Assembly (NCBI GenBank): GCA_050575255.1
Contig: JBNZDD010013687.1
Location: forward strand, 1,589,595 to 1,653,594
DNA: 64,000 nucleotides
Direction of reading: 5' to 3'
Source of the DNA: Harriotta raleighana
Taxonomy: Eukaryota
Below, one piece after another: positions 14,301 to 25,927 of this stretch (position 1 is the stretch's first letter; every line of letters starts with the position of its first letter). The translations under genes and the position numbers were made by a program. Under the pieces are notes generated by a model. The model saw only the letters and a list, made by a program, of their open reading frames with translations. It was not told the DNA's origin and searched no databases.

Positions 14301-16598
14301 TTTGGGATAATCTGTAAAATAGATGATTTATGTAACTAGTATATTTTCTTTTTTACTCAAGCTTCAAATATTTACTCGCGGAGAGATTTAAATCAAGCCG
14401 TCAATGAAACTAAGCATTCTGCTTACCATGCAAGCATATTTTGTTGTCTAAATGTCAGAGTTCACCAGTATATAACCAATATTCTTCGTAAGCCTTTCAT
14501 TCTGTGGCAGGACTTAAAAGACACAGCGTTCAGTTTATAGGCCAGATTCCAGTAAACAAGTACATTTCACAAACCGGTTAAACAACTGGTTTAAGAGGAT
14601 GGTTTGCTTAAGGAGAAGAGAGCAGCTAGTTTTGGCTACGCTCCAAATAAATATGGTTTGCCAAGAAATTTTCTCATGGTAAGAAAGCTAGCTAAAAATA
14701 GTAGGTTACCAGGTGTAGCATTTAGTATGAAACAGAAACAGAGCGGGGATGAACTAAAGAAATGAGTACCATTAAAACCCAGAAATTAACCCTATGTGTA
14801 GAGTGATCATACTGCAGTGAGGGTTAGCCCAGAGAAATGACTACTTCTGCTGTTGAGAGCAGCCAGTGAATGCATTAAAACAAACCTTTGTAAGCTTTCA
14901 GGATTACATCATTTTGAACTTGCAACCGACAGCATTACAGTCTTTGGATCATTTTTAAAGTGTCCATTTGAAATCTGACAGTAGAAACATGCTTAAACCT
15001 CCACACATGTTAAATGGACCACTGTTCTGGCTAATGTAAACATTCTGATGAGTATCCAAAGATATGACCTCTATGTGACCCCTTAACCTTGCCTGTAATT
15101 ATTTGTTTGAAGACAGTATGGAGTTCCCATGCTGAGAGGGGGACTATAATGGCTTGCAGCTCTGTGTGCAAGTGTGTATGAGGGAGCAAGAGAGACTTAT
15201 AATAAGGAGACTACCAGATGTAAATAATAAAAATGGTTGGGGGTAAAAAAACTAGTAATTTAGTTCAGCCCATTACTTAGAGAATGTCAGGGAGAAATGA
15301 ATGGGGGAAGGGAAAGAGGAGGGGTGCATTACTCTGTGATGTGATACAGGGACACGTGAAGCTTCTTTCTCATCTCTAGAGCTTTTTTTTGTCATGTGCA
15401 CACACCATTAGCAGCTCTTGGGAGGAGAGAAAACAGTCTTATCTGCCTGGTCTGATAATCTCAATTGGCTGTATTCTGATTGATAAAAGGGAGTGTAGCT
15501 ACAGAGCTTTGAATCAACTCCCTATGGGACACTGCCCATTAGCCTTGCCAGTGAGACTAGTATGAAGAGGGTTAGTACGCTCAAAATGAGCAAGCACGGA
15601 CACCAAAAGATCTAAAGCATCATTTACTTTACACCTAGAACCCTTTTGAGCACTGACAGTCCTACGCACATCTTTTCTTTCATTTGACATCTGAAAAAGT
15701 AACCTGAGAATTTCAAAAGGCAACATTTTACAGAACACAATAAATTTAAAACAGGACACAGAACTACAAGATGTGATGTTGTAATTTTTTAAAAAAAAAA
15801 CAATTGTTATACATTTACATTTTGGAACACCAGACCTCAAATGGTTAAATTTGGATTTGTTCTCCCTTTTCCAGCTGTTTCAAATCAAAAAATGTGCAGT
15901 GTAAACAGTGCAAATAAACGTACTCATGCATTGGATCATAGTGCAAACTCGCAGCTACTAATGTCGTTTTTAAAGGCAATAATCCTGAAGGGAAGGTGGG
16001 GAGGCGCCATTATACTGATAACAGGTTAGAGCAGCCTGAGTATTGCCACAGTGAAAGTGTTAGTTCAAGAAAACGTCAGGGGTTGCTGGCCAGTGCAGTG
16101 GTGCAGCAGTGCAAAGGAACATCTGGCAACAGAGTGACAAGCCTCAGCATTCTGCCTCCCCCACTCCCCAATTTGAAAGTTCCTGATCTTAACCCTCTTG
16201 CTAATGGCTGCTCACACAGCCAGTCCCATAGAGAGCATTGAAAGAAAATCACACGAGTCATCTCAAATTGGACTACCGTAGTATCATGGCTGGTCAATTT
16301 TAGCATTGGTCCAACACATTAACAATAGTAAAATGTTTTTCTGCATAGTTTCGAACGCCCACCTTTTTTTTTCTAAAAAGAGCCAAGTGTTTTTTTCACA
16401 GCCAAGTTGCCACCTTGGTTATTCAGATCTCTACTCCTCTGCATTCATGAGCAGATGCTTGGAACACAATCTGTCCAACTGTACCTGGTCAACGGGGAGT
16501 GCCAAGCGCATCTTTCCCACCCAGGCACGGGGAGAAAGAATAGACATGAGGTCACTCGAGTCACACTCTCCAGCAGTGGTTTGCAGCACCATTCTACT

Positions 16599-16735
16599 GA
16601 TCCACGTTAATAAAATGCTATTACATTATTCTTTACTATCCTCCTGCTGTCACTTGTACTACATTTGCTNGATCCACGTTAATAAAATGCTATTACATTA
16701 TTCTTTACTATCCTCCTGCTGTCACTTGTACTACA
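16599..16735. repeat. 65-bp duplication around a single N (16670); probable contig-overlap artefact
   Basis: 16599-16663 identical to 16671-16735. Confidence 0.9.
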
Positions 16736-18973
16736 GTCAACTGAGAGGGTGGAACACAGACTTGTCCATGGCTGCCATGAATGCCAATTGGGCGATGGGA
16801 GGAGCGCTTTGGGGCAATTGCAAAGTGTGCCACCTGGTGGCTTGACTGTGAATTGGCAACAATTCAACCATCAGCCAAAGATGGGTCCACCATTTGGGAA
16901 TCAATCCTGACGTGGCTAGAGCAACAGAATTTCCTCTATAAAAGTGTGATCACCGTTGTTTCAAGATTGTAGTTCTATAAACAGGCTGCAAACTCTTAAC
17001 AAATTTAGATGGATTTTTGTTCCCTATAATCTGTCCAATTACATGTGGCGTTCAAACCTGCCCACAAGGCCAATAAGTGCATCCAAACCTTGCTTGCCTC
17101 CCTTTCCTCCAGATGATATCACATCCCACATCATGCAGATAACCTGATGCTGCGGGCTACTTACTCCAATGCTATATAGTGGCAAGCGTGCATGCTAGTG
17201 AGTATGAAATCAAACTCACCTCCCACTTCAATTACAAAAGAGTCTACTTCCATATCTGAACAGGATGATTTTATCTAAAATCACTGTGGAACAGCTGGTT
17301 TGTTTCCCAGTGATTTGATTTAATTAAATCTGTAAATGCATGTTGCAAAGAGAGTTTCACCATTTCCCTGAAGATCAGCGTCTCTCTTCAGTTGCTTAGT
17401 CAGTTTTAATGCCTGAAGCAGGCTTTTAGCTGGAGCTTAGGCAATACACAAAGCTGTGTTGGGTGACATTTTTGGAAAACAATGATAAAACACATACCTT
17501 TGGGGAATTCGTTAGACATTTGTACATTCACAGAAAAAAAAAATCATAAATACTTCAGAAACATCAGCAAGATTATCAGATTATGCAGCTTCCAGTTTGA
17601 AAGTTTGTGCTTACTTTAAAAGTAACATATTTGACCATAGCAATGCAGGCTTCAAAGTCCTTCATAGGATTGGATTTTTGTTTCCTGGTTCATTGTGATC
17701 CATTTCTACCCTCCCCCAGCATCACAGCTATGAGACATTTGTTACATGCCATTTGAATGAGTTATATTCCTTGAACTGAGTTGGTCATAAAAGTAATGGA
17801 GTACCCTGGCTCCATTTCAAATTCAAACTTTTGGCCTCAGAATAGAGATTAACATTTTAGGTAGTAAGAAATATGACAGTCTTTTTCCCCCTCTCTTTTT
17901 GTATACAGTGTGTGTTGGGGGGTGGGGGGGGGGAGAAAGAGAGACGGATAGCAGTTAAATTAAATCCAGGTTTATGAATAATGTCACATAATCTTTATAA
18001 AGTGATGTCTTTAATTTTAGAGAGTGGAAGACAGCAATTTGATGATATCAACCAAGCTTTAACAGCCACAGACTGGCAAAAGAAAAATTGTGGATTGTCA
18101 CAGTTTTTAACTACTTGTTTTGTGTGGGTTTTGCAAAGTAAACAACCCATTCATACGAATGACACTTAAATTCCCCAAAATCATTTTATTTGTAAAGATT
18201 ATGACAGGTTATTTATTTGCTCTGTTATTTGTAAAGAGGATTTGGTTTGGAAAAGAAAACAATCGCGACAGCCAAGGCTGTTTTAATACCGCAAAAATAG
18301 AAATAATACATAGCAACAAACAATAAACGTCTGCGTACTTTGTTTTCAGTCTTAAAACAAAGTTCTTTTTGGAAGCTCTAGAAAACAAACATTATGGTTC
18401 CAACATCTTTAAGTACCCACATTTCTGATGGGCATTTGCCTTTTTTTCTGCCCTGGGTGTCAAAAACTTGGTTGAAAAGGTCACTGTTGCCAGTCACTAA
18501 CCTCTAAATGACCCCCCTGACTTTACAGTCTAAAACTGCAGGAGCTGCGATTGAGCAGGAGCCTTTCTGTACCAGCACTTATTTGCTGCTGTGGTGATAA
18601 AACTTCAGACAGCCTAATTGATGGGCTTGCTGACATAACAATACCTTGTGAAAGCAGAGAGTGGCAAAGCCTGGTCCTCATTTATGGACAGCTGGAAGGG
18701 GAGTTGCACCCCCTCTGATGAGAAAGCAACCCATTTGAGGCAATGAACTTTTACCATGTTTGTGCCTTTTACAGACGGCAGTGATTGTTGCTGAGAAGGT
18801 TGAAGCTTAAAATGTTCGAGTGAGTTTTTGCTTAGAAAAAAAACAAGTGGCAACGTACAATTTCTGAGCACCTTCAACAAGTTGGAGTTATGAAATGACG
18901 GTCGTTCTCAAATCACAAAACAATGCAAAAATGTACTTGTTTTTTTTTTCCTCCTTCCGTTTCCTTTTTTCAG

Positions 18974-19032
18974 GTTCATTAACGCCAGAAGAAGAATAGT
19001 ACAACCCATGATTGACCAGTCAAATCGAGCAG
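18974..19032 (+). CDS. meis2: Meis2 coding exon (exon 10 in the usual numbering): end of homeodomain helix 3, (W)FINARRRIVQPMIDQSNRA
   Basis: Long polypyrimidine tract ending tttttcag; 59-nt exon translates to the invariant Meis homeodomain C-terminus; donor is CAG|GCAAGT (GC-AG intron). Confidence 0.97.
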
Positions 19033-19121
19033 GCAAGTCCCAAGTAGTAACTGTATTCAAGTCTCACAGGCACAAATCCTCATCAAGTTATTCTTCAGGA
19101 ATTCCTTCACCTGGTAAATAA
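19033..19121 (+). CDS. meis2: Meis2 exon-10 read-through extension, alternative C-terminus GKSQVVTVFKSHRHKSSSSYSSGIPSPGK*
   Basis: Frame stays open past the GC donor to TAA 19119-19121, which lies inside AATAAA (19117-19122). Resembles the GKSP.VTVFKS...PGK tail I recall for vertebrate Meis isoforms. Confidence 0.65.
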
Positions 19122-20833
19122 ACTGGCAACCAGGTATTCTGGGGTGCTTGTGGTCCCAGAATTCCAGTGTTGGGAGCAACCTCACTAATTGGTGCTAATT
19201 GGAAATCTTCCACCCTCACTTTACTGAAGCGGCTTTTATTTGGAAAAGGGTAATTGGGTCACGTGTCTTCACACCTGAAGACAGCATGTGCGTTTGTGTG
19301 TGTTTGTTTCTTTCTGCTGCTGATGAATCGTTGCTTCTCCTTTGCCCCAGCACTAATGCCTTCCCTTGCTATCACAACTCCTTGATGCAAGCACTTATTT
19401 AGTCCAGTGTGGCTAGTGTTTACCACTATTAATGATATCTTCACCACTGTTTAAATGATTCCAGTTAGAGCTCATATAAACACAGATAAAGAAACTGCAT
19501 TTTCTGTTCACCGGGTCTGTTTTGGCCATTTGAACAGGACATCTCATTTCCTGTTTGCCTGCAAAATACATTCTTCCAACAGTTTTATCTGGCATGTTTT
19601 AAAATTGCTTTTGGTTATGAACCCCATTGGAAAATCTATAAAAATATAGTCTTGATTTGATTTCCCCCAAATCTGAATTTAATTGTGTTTTTGTTCCTAA
19701 TCAAAGCACATTTCCTTGTGCTTCACCACGGAGTTGTGTTTTTCTGCAATGGTTTGGGAAACGCCTTTTCTGAATATTGGTGGTAATTGTTGTCATTCTT
19801 AGTGCTCGTATTCAGTGGTAATTTCTGCCTGCTGCTTTTCTTAAGAGATTATAAACTGTTATTTATGTGAATTTTACACAACATGTCCAAAGTGCTCCTC
19901 TCTGGCAATTTTAGTGCAATTTTGCAATTTGGAAAAAAAAATAGGATAGTGTGAAACCAAATAAAAAGGCCAAACACTCATCATAAACATTTGTTGTGCT
20001 GGCCAATAAATAGCTATGAGTTTATTTAAAGGGAAAGGAGGAGTAAGCCTGACTCCTCTCTAATAAAACCCAACAACATTCTTACAACATGAGATGTTTT
20101 GTAACCTAATTGCACAAAATGGAATGACATAGAGTTAAAATAGAGTGTCACTGTAAAGAAACAGGCAATACAGCCAAACTAGTCTATGCTGGTGTTTATT
20201 CTCCACATGAGCCCCCGCCTATTCCCCTCACTTATTACCCTCTGTTCTCACACAGTAAAACTTTGTGATCATTATCTGTTATTTTATTAATATGAGCGAA
20301 ATAAATACATCAATATTTAGGGCAGAATACCCTCACACTTAGGACACAGACACACAATTAAAAAAAAACTACGGAGTCAACAATTACAGATATTTATGGA
20401 GGAAAAGCAGTGTGACCATAACCAGCCAATTAATATCTACATGATGAGGTAATAGACCACATTCAAAAGAGAAAGTACCTCGGGATAAAAAAGGTTACAT
20501 GTCTTAAAGGCTTTTGGTGGAGGAGAGATGTATTCTGCAGATATGCTCTTACCTCACTTCATGTTGGTCTAACAAAAGGCACCTGCTATTCGCACCTTTA
20601 AAATGTGTGGTGGTAGTGGAAGGGGTGGGTGATAGTTACATTTGTCAGGCCTAGGGAGTCAGAGTCAGAATGGTTATAAGATAGATACTAAAAGTAGCTG
20701 ACAATGGTGCTTCACATGTATGTTTCTGCTGTTTTGGCAGTGTTTACTGTTTCAGTCGGAGCTGGGACGATTGCTGATTGTTTGGTGTGTCTTTTTTTCT
20801 TTCTCCTCTGTGTCCTCGTTTGACTACAATCAG

Positions 20834-20944
20834 GTTTTCTTCTTGATCCTTCAGTGAGCCAAGGAGCAGCATACAGTCCAGAGGGCCAGCCAATGGGAAG
20901 TTTTGTATTGGATGGTCAACAACACATGGGAATTCGGTCTGCTG
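20834..20944 (+). CDS. meis2: Meis2 exon 11: [37 protein letters not shown]; alternative acceptor at 20855 removes 21 nt
   Basis: Acceptors aatcag|G (20834) and ccttcag|T (20855); donor CTG|GTAAGC at 20945. The optional GFLLDPS heptapeptide is characteristic of Meis2 among Meis paralogues. Confidence 0.96.
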
Positions 20945-21201
20945 GTAAGCCATTGCACTCTTTCACACCCTAAATATAGCCTCATCACCTCCTCTATCCC
21001 TCCCATCCACTTCCCATACCATGTCCCACCATAACAGGGTTTCCTATTCTGCCTGCTGCCTGCCTTGCCTGTCTTCTTTGCACCCATGGGGAAACAAATC
21101 TTTCAGACAAAGAGATTTGTTAGGAATTTTCCACCCCACAGATCCTAAAATACAAAAATTATAAGGGATCTATTTCACCATCTTGGTAGTCGACCTTGCT
21201 G

Positions 21202-21334
21202 NNNNNNNNNNNNNNNNNNNNNNNNNNNNNNNNNNNNNNNNNNNNNNNNNNNNNNNNNNNNNNNNNNNNNNNNNNNNNNNNNNNNNNNNNNNNNNNNNNN
21301 NNNNNNNNNNNNNNNNNNNNNNNNNNNNNNNNNN
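21202..21334. other. Assembly gap (133 N) in the meis2 intron after exon 11
   Basis: N run; right edge reads A|GTAAGT. Confidence 0.99.
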
Positions 21335-22966
21335 AGTAAGTACGATCGGTTACTATAATATAATTTTTAATTTTATTCCCCCCATTTTATCTCCTTGCCC
21401 ATACTTGCATGCTGTTCCAATGAAAGGGCCAGTTGTAATTCTTTATCTCATGACATTTGACACCATTTCACAAGCTGAAAAGGTCAGCTAACTAATTTAC
21501 AGTATACAGAGCAAATACGCCTGTAATTCGGTTTAATTATGAAGCCTAGAGAACCAAACTCAACCAGCAAATGAACAATTGGGACATTTAAGGGAAAAGA
21601 AACATCTTGAGGGCACCAATTGACTGAGAGAAATTAACCAGGCTTCATGAAGCGATAAAAGCGAGTAGTGAGACTGTCCTTTGAGTGACATAAATCTGTC
21701 AGGAGACGATTGATGCATGAATTATCTTATATGCAAAGATGAAATGCTGTATTTCACAATCCACTCTCTGGATCTATGGCTCTGGTGACACTATGCATTC
21801 CACACTGGGAATTCTTTTCCTGGTTTCTCATCTTTTTATCCATTGTCTCCGTGTGTGAGGTAAAGAAGCAGGAACATTTAAAAACAACTGCAAACAGACA
21901 TTAAAACAAGACTGCAATGAAGGAATGGATTTTTTTTTCGGGGAGTTAATTGGCTCCAGCCGAAATGATCCATCAAGGAGAGTATGTCCAATGCGCATGA
22001 TGTTTAAAGAATTTCAGATCCAGCAAACAGCAAAATATTACATCATTTGAGGCAACAGAGCGTTTGTTTATTATCCAATAACTTAAAATTGTTACCGTTG
22101 AGCTACATTTTTTAAAAAAATAGAAAGCTACTTTGTTATAAAATAATTTCCAATCATTTTATACTTCAGAATCTACTGTGGTCTACTTGCAAAAGAAATA
22201 TGGCTTTCCCTGCAGTCACTTGACTTGACCTGATTTGATTATGTAAAATAATAGTTATATTTTCATGCAGGATCTTTGAGGAGGTCACTATAGCAGATTA
22301 CTGATGGAATCAACTTCCTTCCTTCCTTCCTCCCTCCCTCCCTCCCTCCCTTTACTAATGCAGTCAAAAATGTAAAAAGCAATGTTCCCTAAAACAGCCA
22401 TTGAGACAACATTTTCTCAGCTTGGATAATTCTTAATATAGGCAATATAATTTCTGGCCTATTTAATTACATAACATATTTTATGCTTCATAACCAATTA
22501 CATTAATAGCTTAATACAGGCAATATTATTCTTTTAGTTGATTATGCAGCCACACAATATGGTATATTTGGTACTTAATTATCATCATCCAGTGAACATG
22601 CCGCTGTGCTAGAATAAACAGAGCTGAGTCGGACTTATTACACAGTGCAGACTGTATTATTGCCTCAGTATGCTTTTACCACTGCAGTTAATAATGCACT
22701 GCAGATCCACTTAGAACCACAAGAGCTTACAAGTCTTTAGATTACCAGCTTATAGTGTAGGGAGAGAAATCTGCTCTGCAGTTCTGTTGGTAAATGCTAG
22801 CGGATAAATAGAAGCAACCTTAATTATCCCACATTTAGTTTGGATTGGAAAATATCTAGATTGAGTCATTTGTAGATATATATAATATATATACTGTAGA
22901 TGAAAAAAGCTCCAGCTGGATGCTCTGATCTGATTAACATTTACAGACTGATTTTTCCTATTGTAG

Positions 22967-22997
22967 ACAAAGTTCCCACGCCTTTTCTGAGCTACAG
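22967..22997 (+). CDS. meis2: Candidate 31-nt frameshifting micro-exon of meis2, (D)KVPTPFLSY(R)
   Basis: Branch-like ctgat, tttttcctattgtag acceptor and CAG|GTATGC donor; inclusion places the last exon in a stop-free alternative frame. No transcript evidence available here. Confidence 0.5.
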
Positions 22998-23699
22998 GTA
23001 TGCAGCACTGAGCTTGCTCCATGACTTCGCATTCGCCCTGCCCCCCCCACCCCCCCAACCCCCACCTCTGCTTGGAATCTCATTCTACCATAGAAAGCCA
23101 ATCCACCCAACTCAAACCACGCTCAATAAAGGAGGGAATGAGATACAATTTCCGTTTTATTATGAAACCCCGAAGAGATTACTTACCTTCAAGTGTAACT
23201 CTTTGGCATTGCTACGCTGCATGTGTGAATGGAAGAATTCCCACTCTTGCAGATTTTGTATGTGCGGATGGTTTACTTGGACTCTTACTCTGTTTCTCTA
23301 ATGATATCTTCTCTGGTTCTACTTAATCGTCATTACTCTGTCGTCCACTGTATTTCCTCTCTGAAACCTGATATATATTTGGTGACATGAACCAATGAAT
23401 TTCACATGACCTTGGAGTGAAATCAGACGCATAGTTATTACATTCATCACTGTAATAACATTGACTACAGTAATTTAGAATTAAATGTTTGTGAATATGT
23501 AATGAGTAGCATATGTAATATGTAATAAGCATCAGTTTTAATATAACTTATATATGTGCCAAGACACGTGTGTACTGGCACATAGCAGAATTAAACATAA
23601 TTGCGAACAATTATACAGTAGAATTTATTTTTAGGAAATGATTTTCACAGATATCTGAAAGAGCTAACATACTTATGAACGTGACTTATGTCTTTGCAG

Positions 23700-23986
23700 G
23701 TTTACAAGGCATGCCAGGGGACTTTGTATCTCAGGGTGGTCCTATGGGTATGAGTATGGCACAGCCAAGTTACACTCCTCCCCAGATGACCCCGCACCCT
23801 GCCCAGTTAAGACATGGACCCCCAATGCATTCATATCTCCCAAGTCACCCACATCACCCAGCCATGATGATGCATGGAGGACCCCCGCCTCACCCTGGAA
23901 TGCCAATGTCAGCACAAAGCCCCACAATGTTAAATCCTGTAGATCCCAGTGTGGGAGGACAAGTTATGGACATCCACGCCCAATAG
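23700..23986 (+). CDS. meis2: Meis2 terminal coding exon: GLQGMPGDFVSQGGPMGMSMAQPSYTPPQM...VGGQVMDIHAQ*
   Basis: Acceptor tctttgcag; phase matches exon 11; M/P/H-rich tail ending MDIHAQ matches the long Meis2 isoforms; TAG at 23984-23986. Confidence 0.97.
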
Positions 23987-25115
23987 TATAAGGGAAATCA
24001 AGAAAAAAAATGTAAGACTTTTAAACTTTGAACAGATGTTGACACTTAATGGAATTCCAGACGAGATGTGATTTTTTTTTCTTTCAACATCAAGCAGAGG
24101 ACCAACGGCACAAGCCCAGGCTATTGTGAAGTCAAAGGCTTTCTTCACGTGAACTTACCTTCAATGTAACGTTCCTCTGGAAAAGACTGAAAGATTTATT
24201 ACTACTGTAGTATAAATATAGGAACTAAGTTAACTTGTACATTTCTGTTGATCACTCTATTTCTGTTGCTTCCAATAGTTTTTAGAAAGAAAGTTATCCT
24301 TTTTCCACACTATGTGTGTTGTTCCCAAAATGGTTGACCTCGAACAGCAATGGAGCCATGTTACAGAACAGACTGCGCCCACTGTAGCCAACTTGCCATA
24401 GAGGAAAACGCTAAGGTGAAGAAAACGTAAAGACTTTGCTGGATGTGGCCAGAAGCAAAGGTTTTAAGAATGTGCTCACATACCTGATTTTACTGGAACA
24501 AATCGTGCCCTGTAGTTGCAAGGCCCATTCAGGGTGAAGAGCCCAAGTCTGATCATGTTTTGGAGGTGACTCTTCTTCAAAGAGCTTGTTGATGGAAACC
24601 TGAAGGTGAATTAGCAGCTTCCTTCTATGGCTGTGGGCCATAGCATTGAGAGAGAAAAAACGTTGTCACATGGAACATAAACAGGCAACGGTGAATGAAT
24701 GCTCTTGGGCAGAATTTTCTTAGTGAAAGATCCTTTTGTTGGTCTTGCACCAAAAAAAAACAGAGACCTTTTTAAATGAACTCGAATAAAACTGCTTGGA
24801 ACAAGCAAGTAAAATACTGTAACATACTTCGTACAGAGAGTTCAGTATATTAATTGTTACATGTTAGATATCTATGTGTTTACCTCAATGAGAAAATAAC
24901 GAATGTTTTGCTAGTATCAAAATCTGCTGTGGAATTGGTATTGTATGTCAAAGAATTCCTTACTTTATCAGCACGTGTCACTAGAGAAAAAAAATGCTGT
25001 TTCCCTTGCGAGCTTTGTCAGATTACATAAATACTTGTATGAGGACTGTGACGTATGTTTAAAAGGTGTTCAGTCACAAAATGCCGTAATAAATATTTCA
25101 TTTTTAGATTTTTTT
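23987..25115 (+). other. meis2: meis2 3'UTR (end approximate)
   Basis: Follows TAG; AATAAA at 24785-24790 and 25088-25093, the latter followed by a T-rich tract. Confidence 0.8.
25088..25093 (+). terminator. Likely main meis2 polyadenylation signal
   Basis: AATAAA followed by tatttcatttttagattttttttctgtttt; low-complexity flank begins shortly after. Confidence 0.7.
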
Positions 25116-25818
25116 TCTGTTTTATAACACAACTGTATGGCTTCAGCTTTCTTGGACTTTCCTCCACAAGTAGATGCTGCTACAAAAAAAAAAGTAATGG
25201 GATCTTTTAAAGTGTGTGTGCTTCATTTTCCCTATTCTCTATTCTCTTTTCTTTTGGGGGTTTATTTATTATTATTACAAAATAAAACACCCCTCCCCCC
25301 CCCCTCACTCCCCACCACCTCACAAGCTGAAACGCTGCTGTATTAAGGCTATCAAACAGAAAGATTTGGTGTGTGGTTGGACTAAAGCAGTGAGTGACAT
25401 TAAAAAAGATTTGGACTCGTTGCTACAGATGTGTGTGTCCACCCACTAGACCTAAACACAAAAGGGCGAGGATTTCATGGGAAGAAAATCACTATGGGTT
25501 TTTTAAAAAAATACATAAGACACGTGAAAGACAGAACTCGGTCTAAAAGGAGTGAGGCATATCACAAGAGTGTGTGCACAGGGGGATTCTGTTTTAAACC
25601 CCCCAAAAAATAATTAAAAACCACAAACGTCTTCATTGCTTTGCACAAAAATTAAAAGTTTCAAACCACTTGCATCAACACCCAATGATAAGAAGTGCGG
25701 AGTCTCACGCTATCCAACGTGAACACTCGTGTTTTTCTGTTTAAAAAAAAAGACGAGCAAATCTTGCAGTCAGGTAATGTAATACAACAATCTTCAAAAG
25801 TTCATAAACTGCTAATCT

Positions 25819-25927
25819 CCACACACACATATAACACACACACACACATAACACACACACATATAACACACACACACACATAACACACACATATAACACA
25901 CACACATATAACACACACAGACACACA
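25819..25927. repeat. Compound (CA)n/ATATA microsatellite; other SSRs at 1-38 (TG/TA), 22315-22350 (CTTC/CCTC), ~28990-29043 (TG), 29376-29402 (GA), 32790-32812 (ACCA), 49213-49280 (CA)
   Basis: Directly visible. Confidence 0.95.

Larger units (their letters stand above)
1..18973 (+). other. meis2: Distal part of the long meis2 intron inside the homeobox (preceding exon lies upstream of the window)
   Basis: No exon encoding [26 protein letters not shown] was found by eye in 1-18973; the first recognisable exon starts at 18974. Confidence 0.8.

Noticed and set aside
16306-16845. 179-aa ORF with an internal repeat
   Set aside because: The repeat is the 65-bp overlap around the N at 16670; no protein resemblance; intronic.
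22947-22997. 51-nt version of the micro-exon using the upstream tacAG acceptor
   Set aside because: Poor pyrimidine tract and an immediate stop (G|AC TGA); at most a minor NMD-type product.
22900-23301. 133-aa ORF in the last meis2 intron as a stand-alone gene
   Set aside because: No recognisable protein; only the 31-nt splice-bounded part is a credible exon.
23675-23699. ATG start of the 103-aa ORF (MNVTYVFA)
   Set aside because: Intronic sequence upstream of the acceptor; the exon begins at 23700.
24745-24762. Possible miR-9 site in the meis2 3'UTR
   Set aside because: Sequence is ACCAAAA, not the ACCAAAG seed match.
25819-25927. Periodic repeats as a CRISPR-like array
   Set aside because: Simple microsatellite with no unique spacers; vertebrate context, no cas genes.
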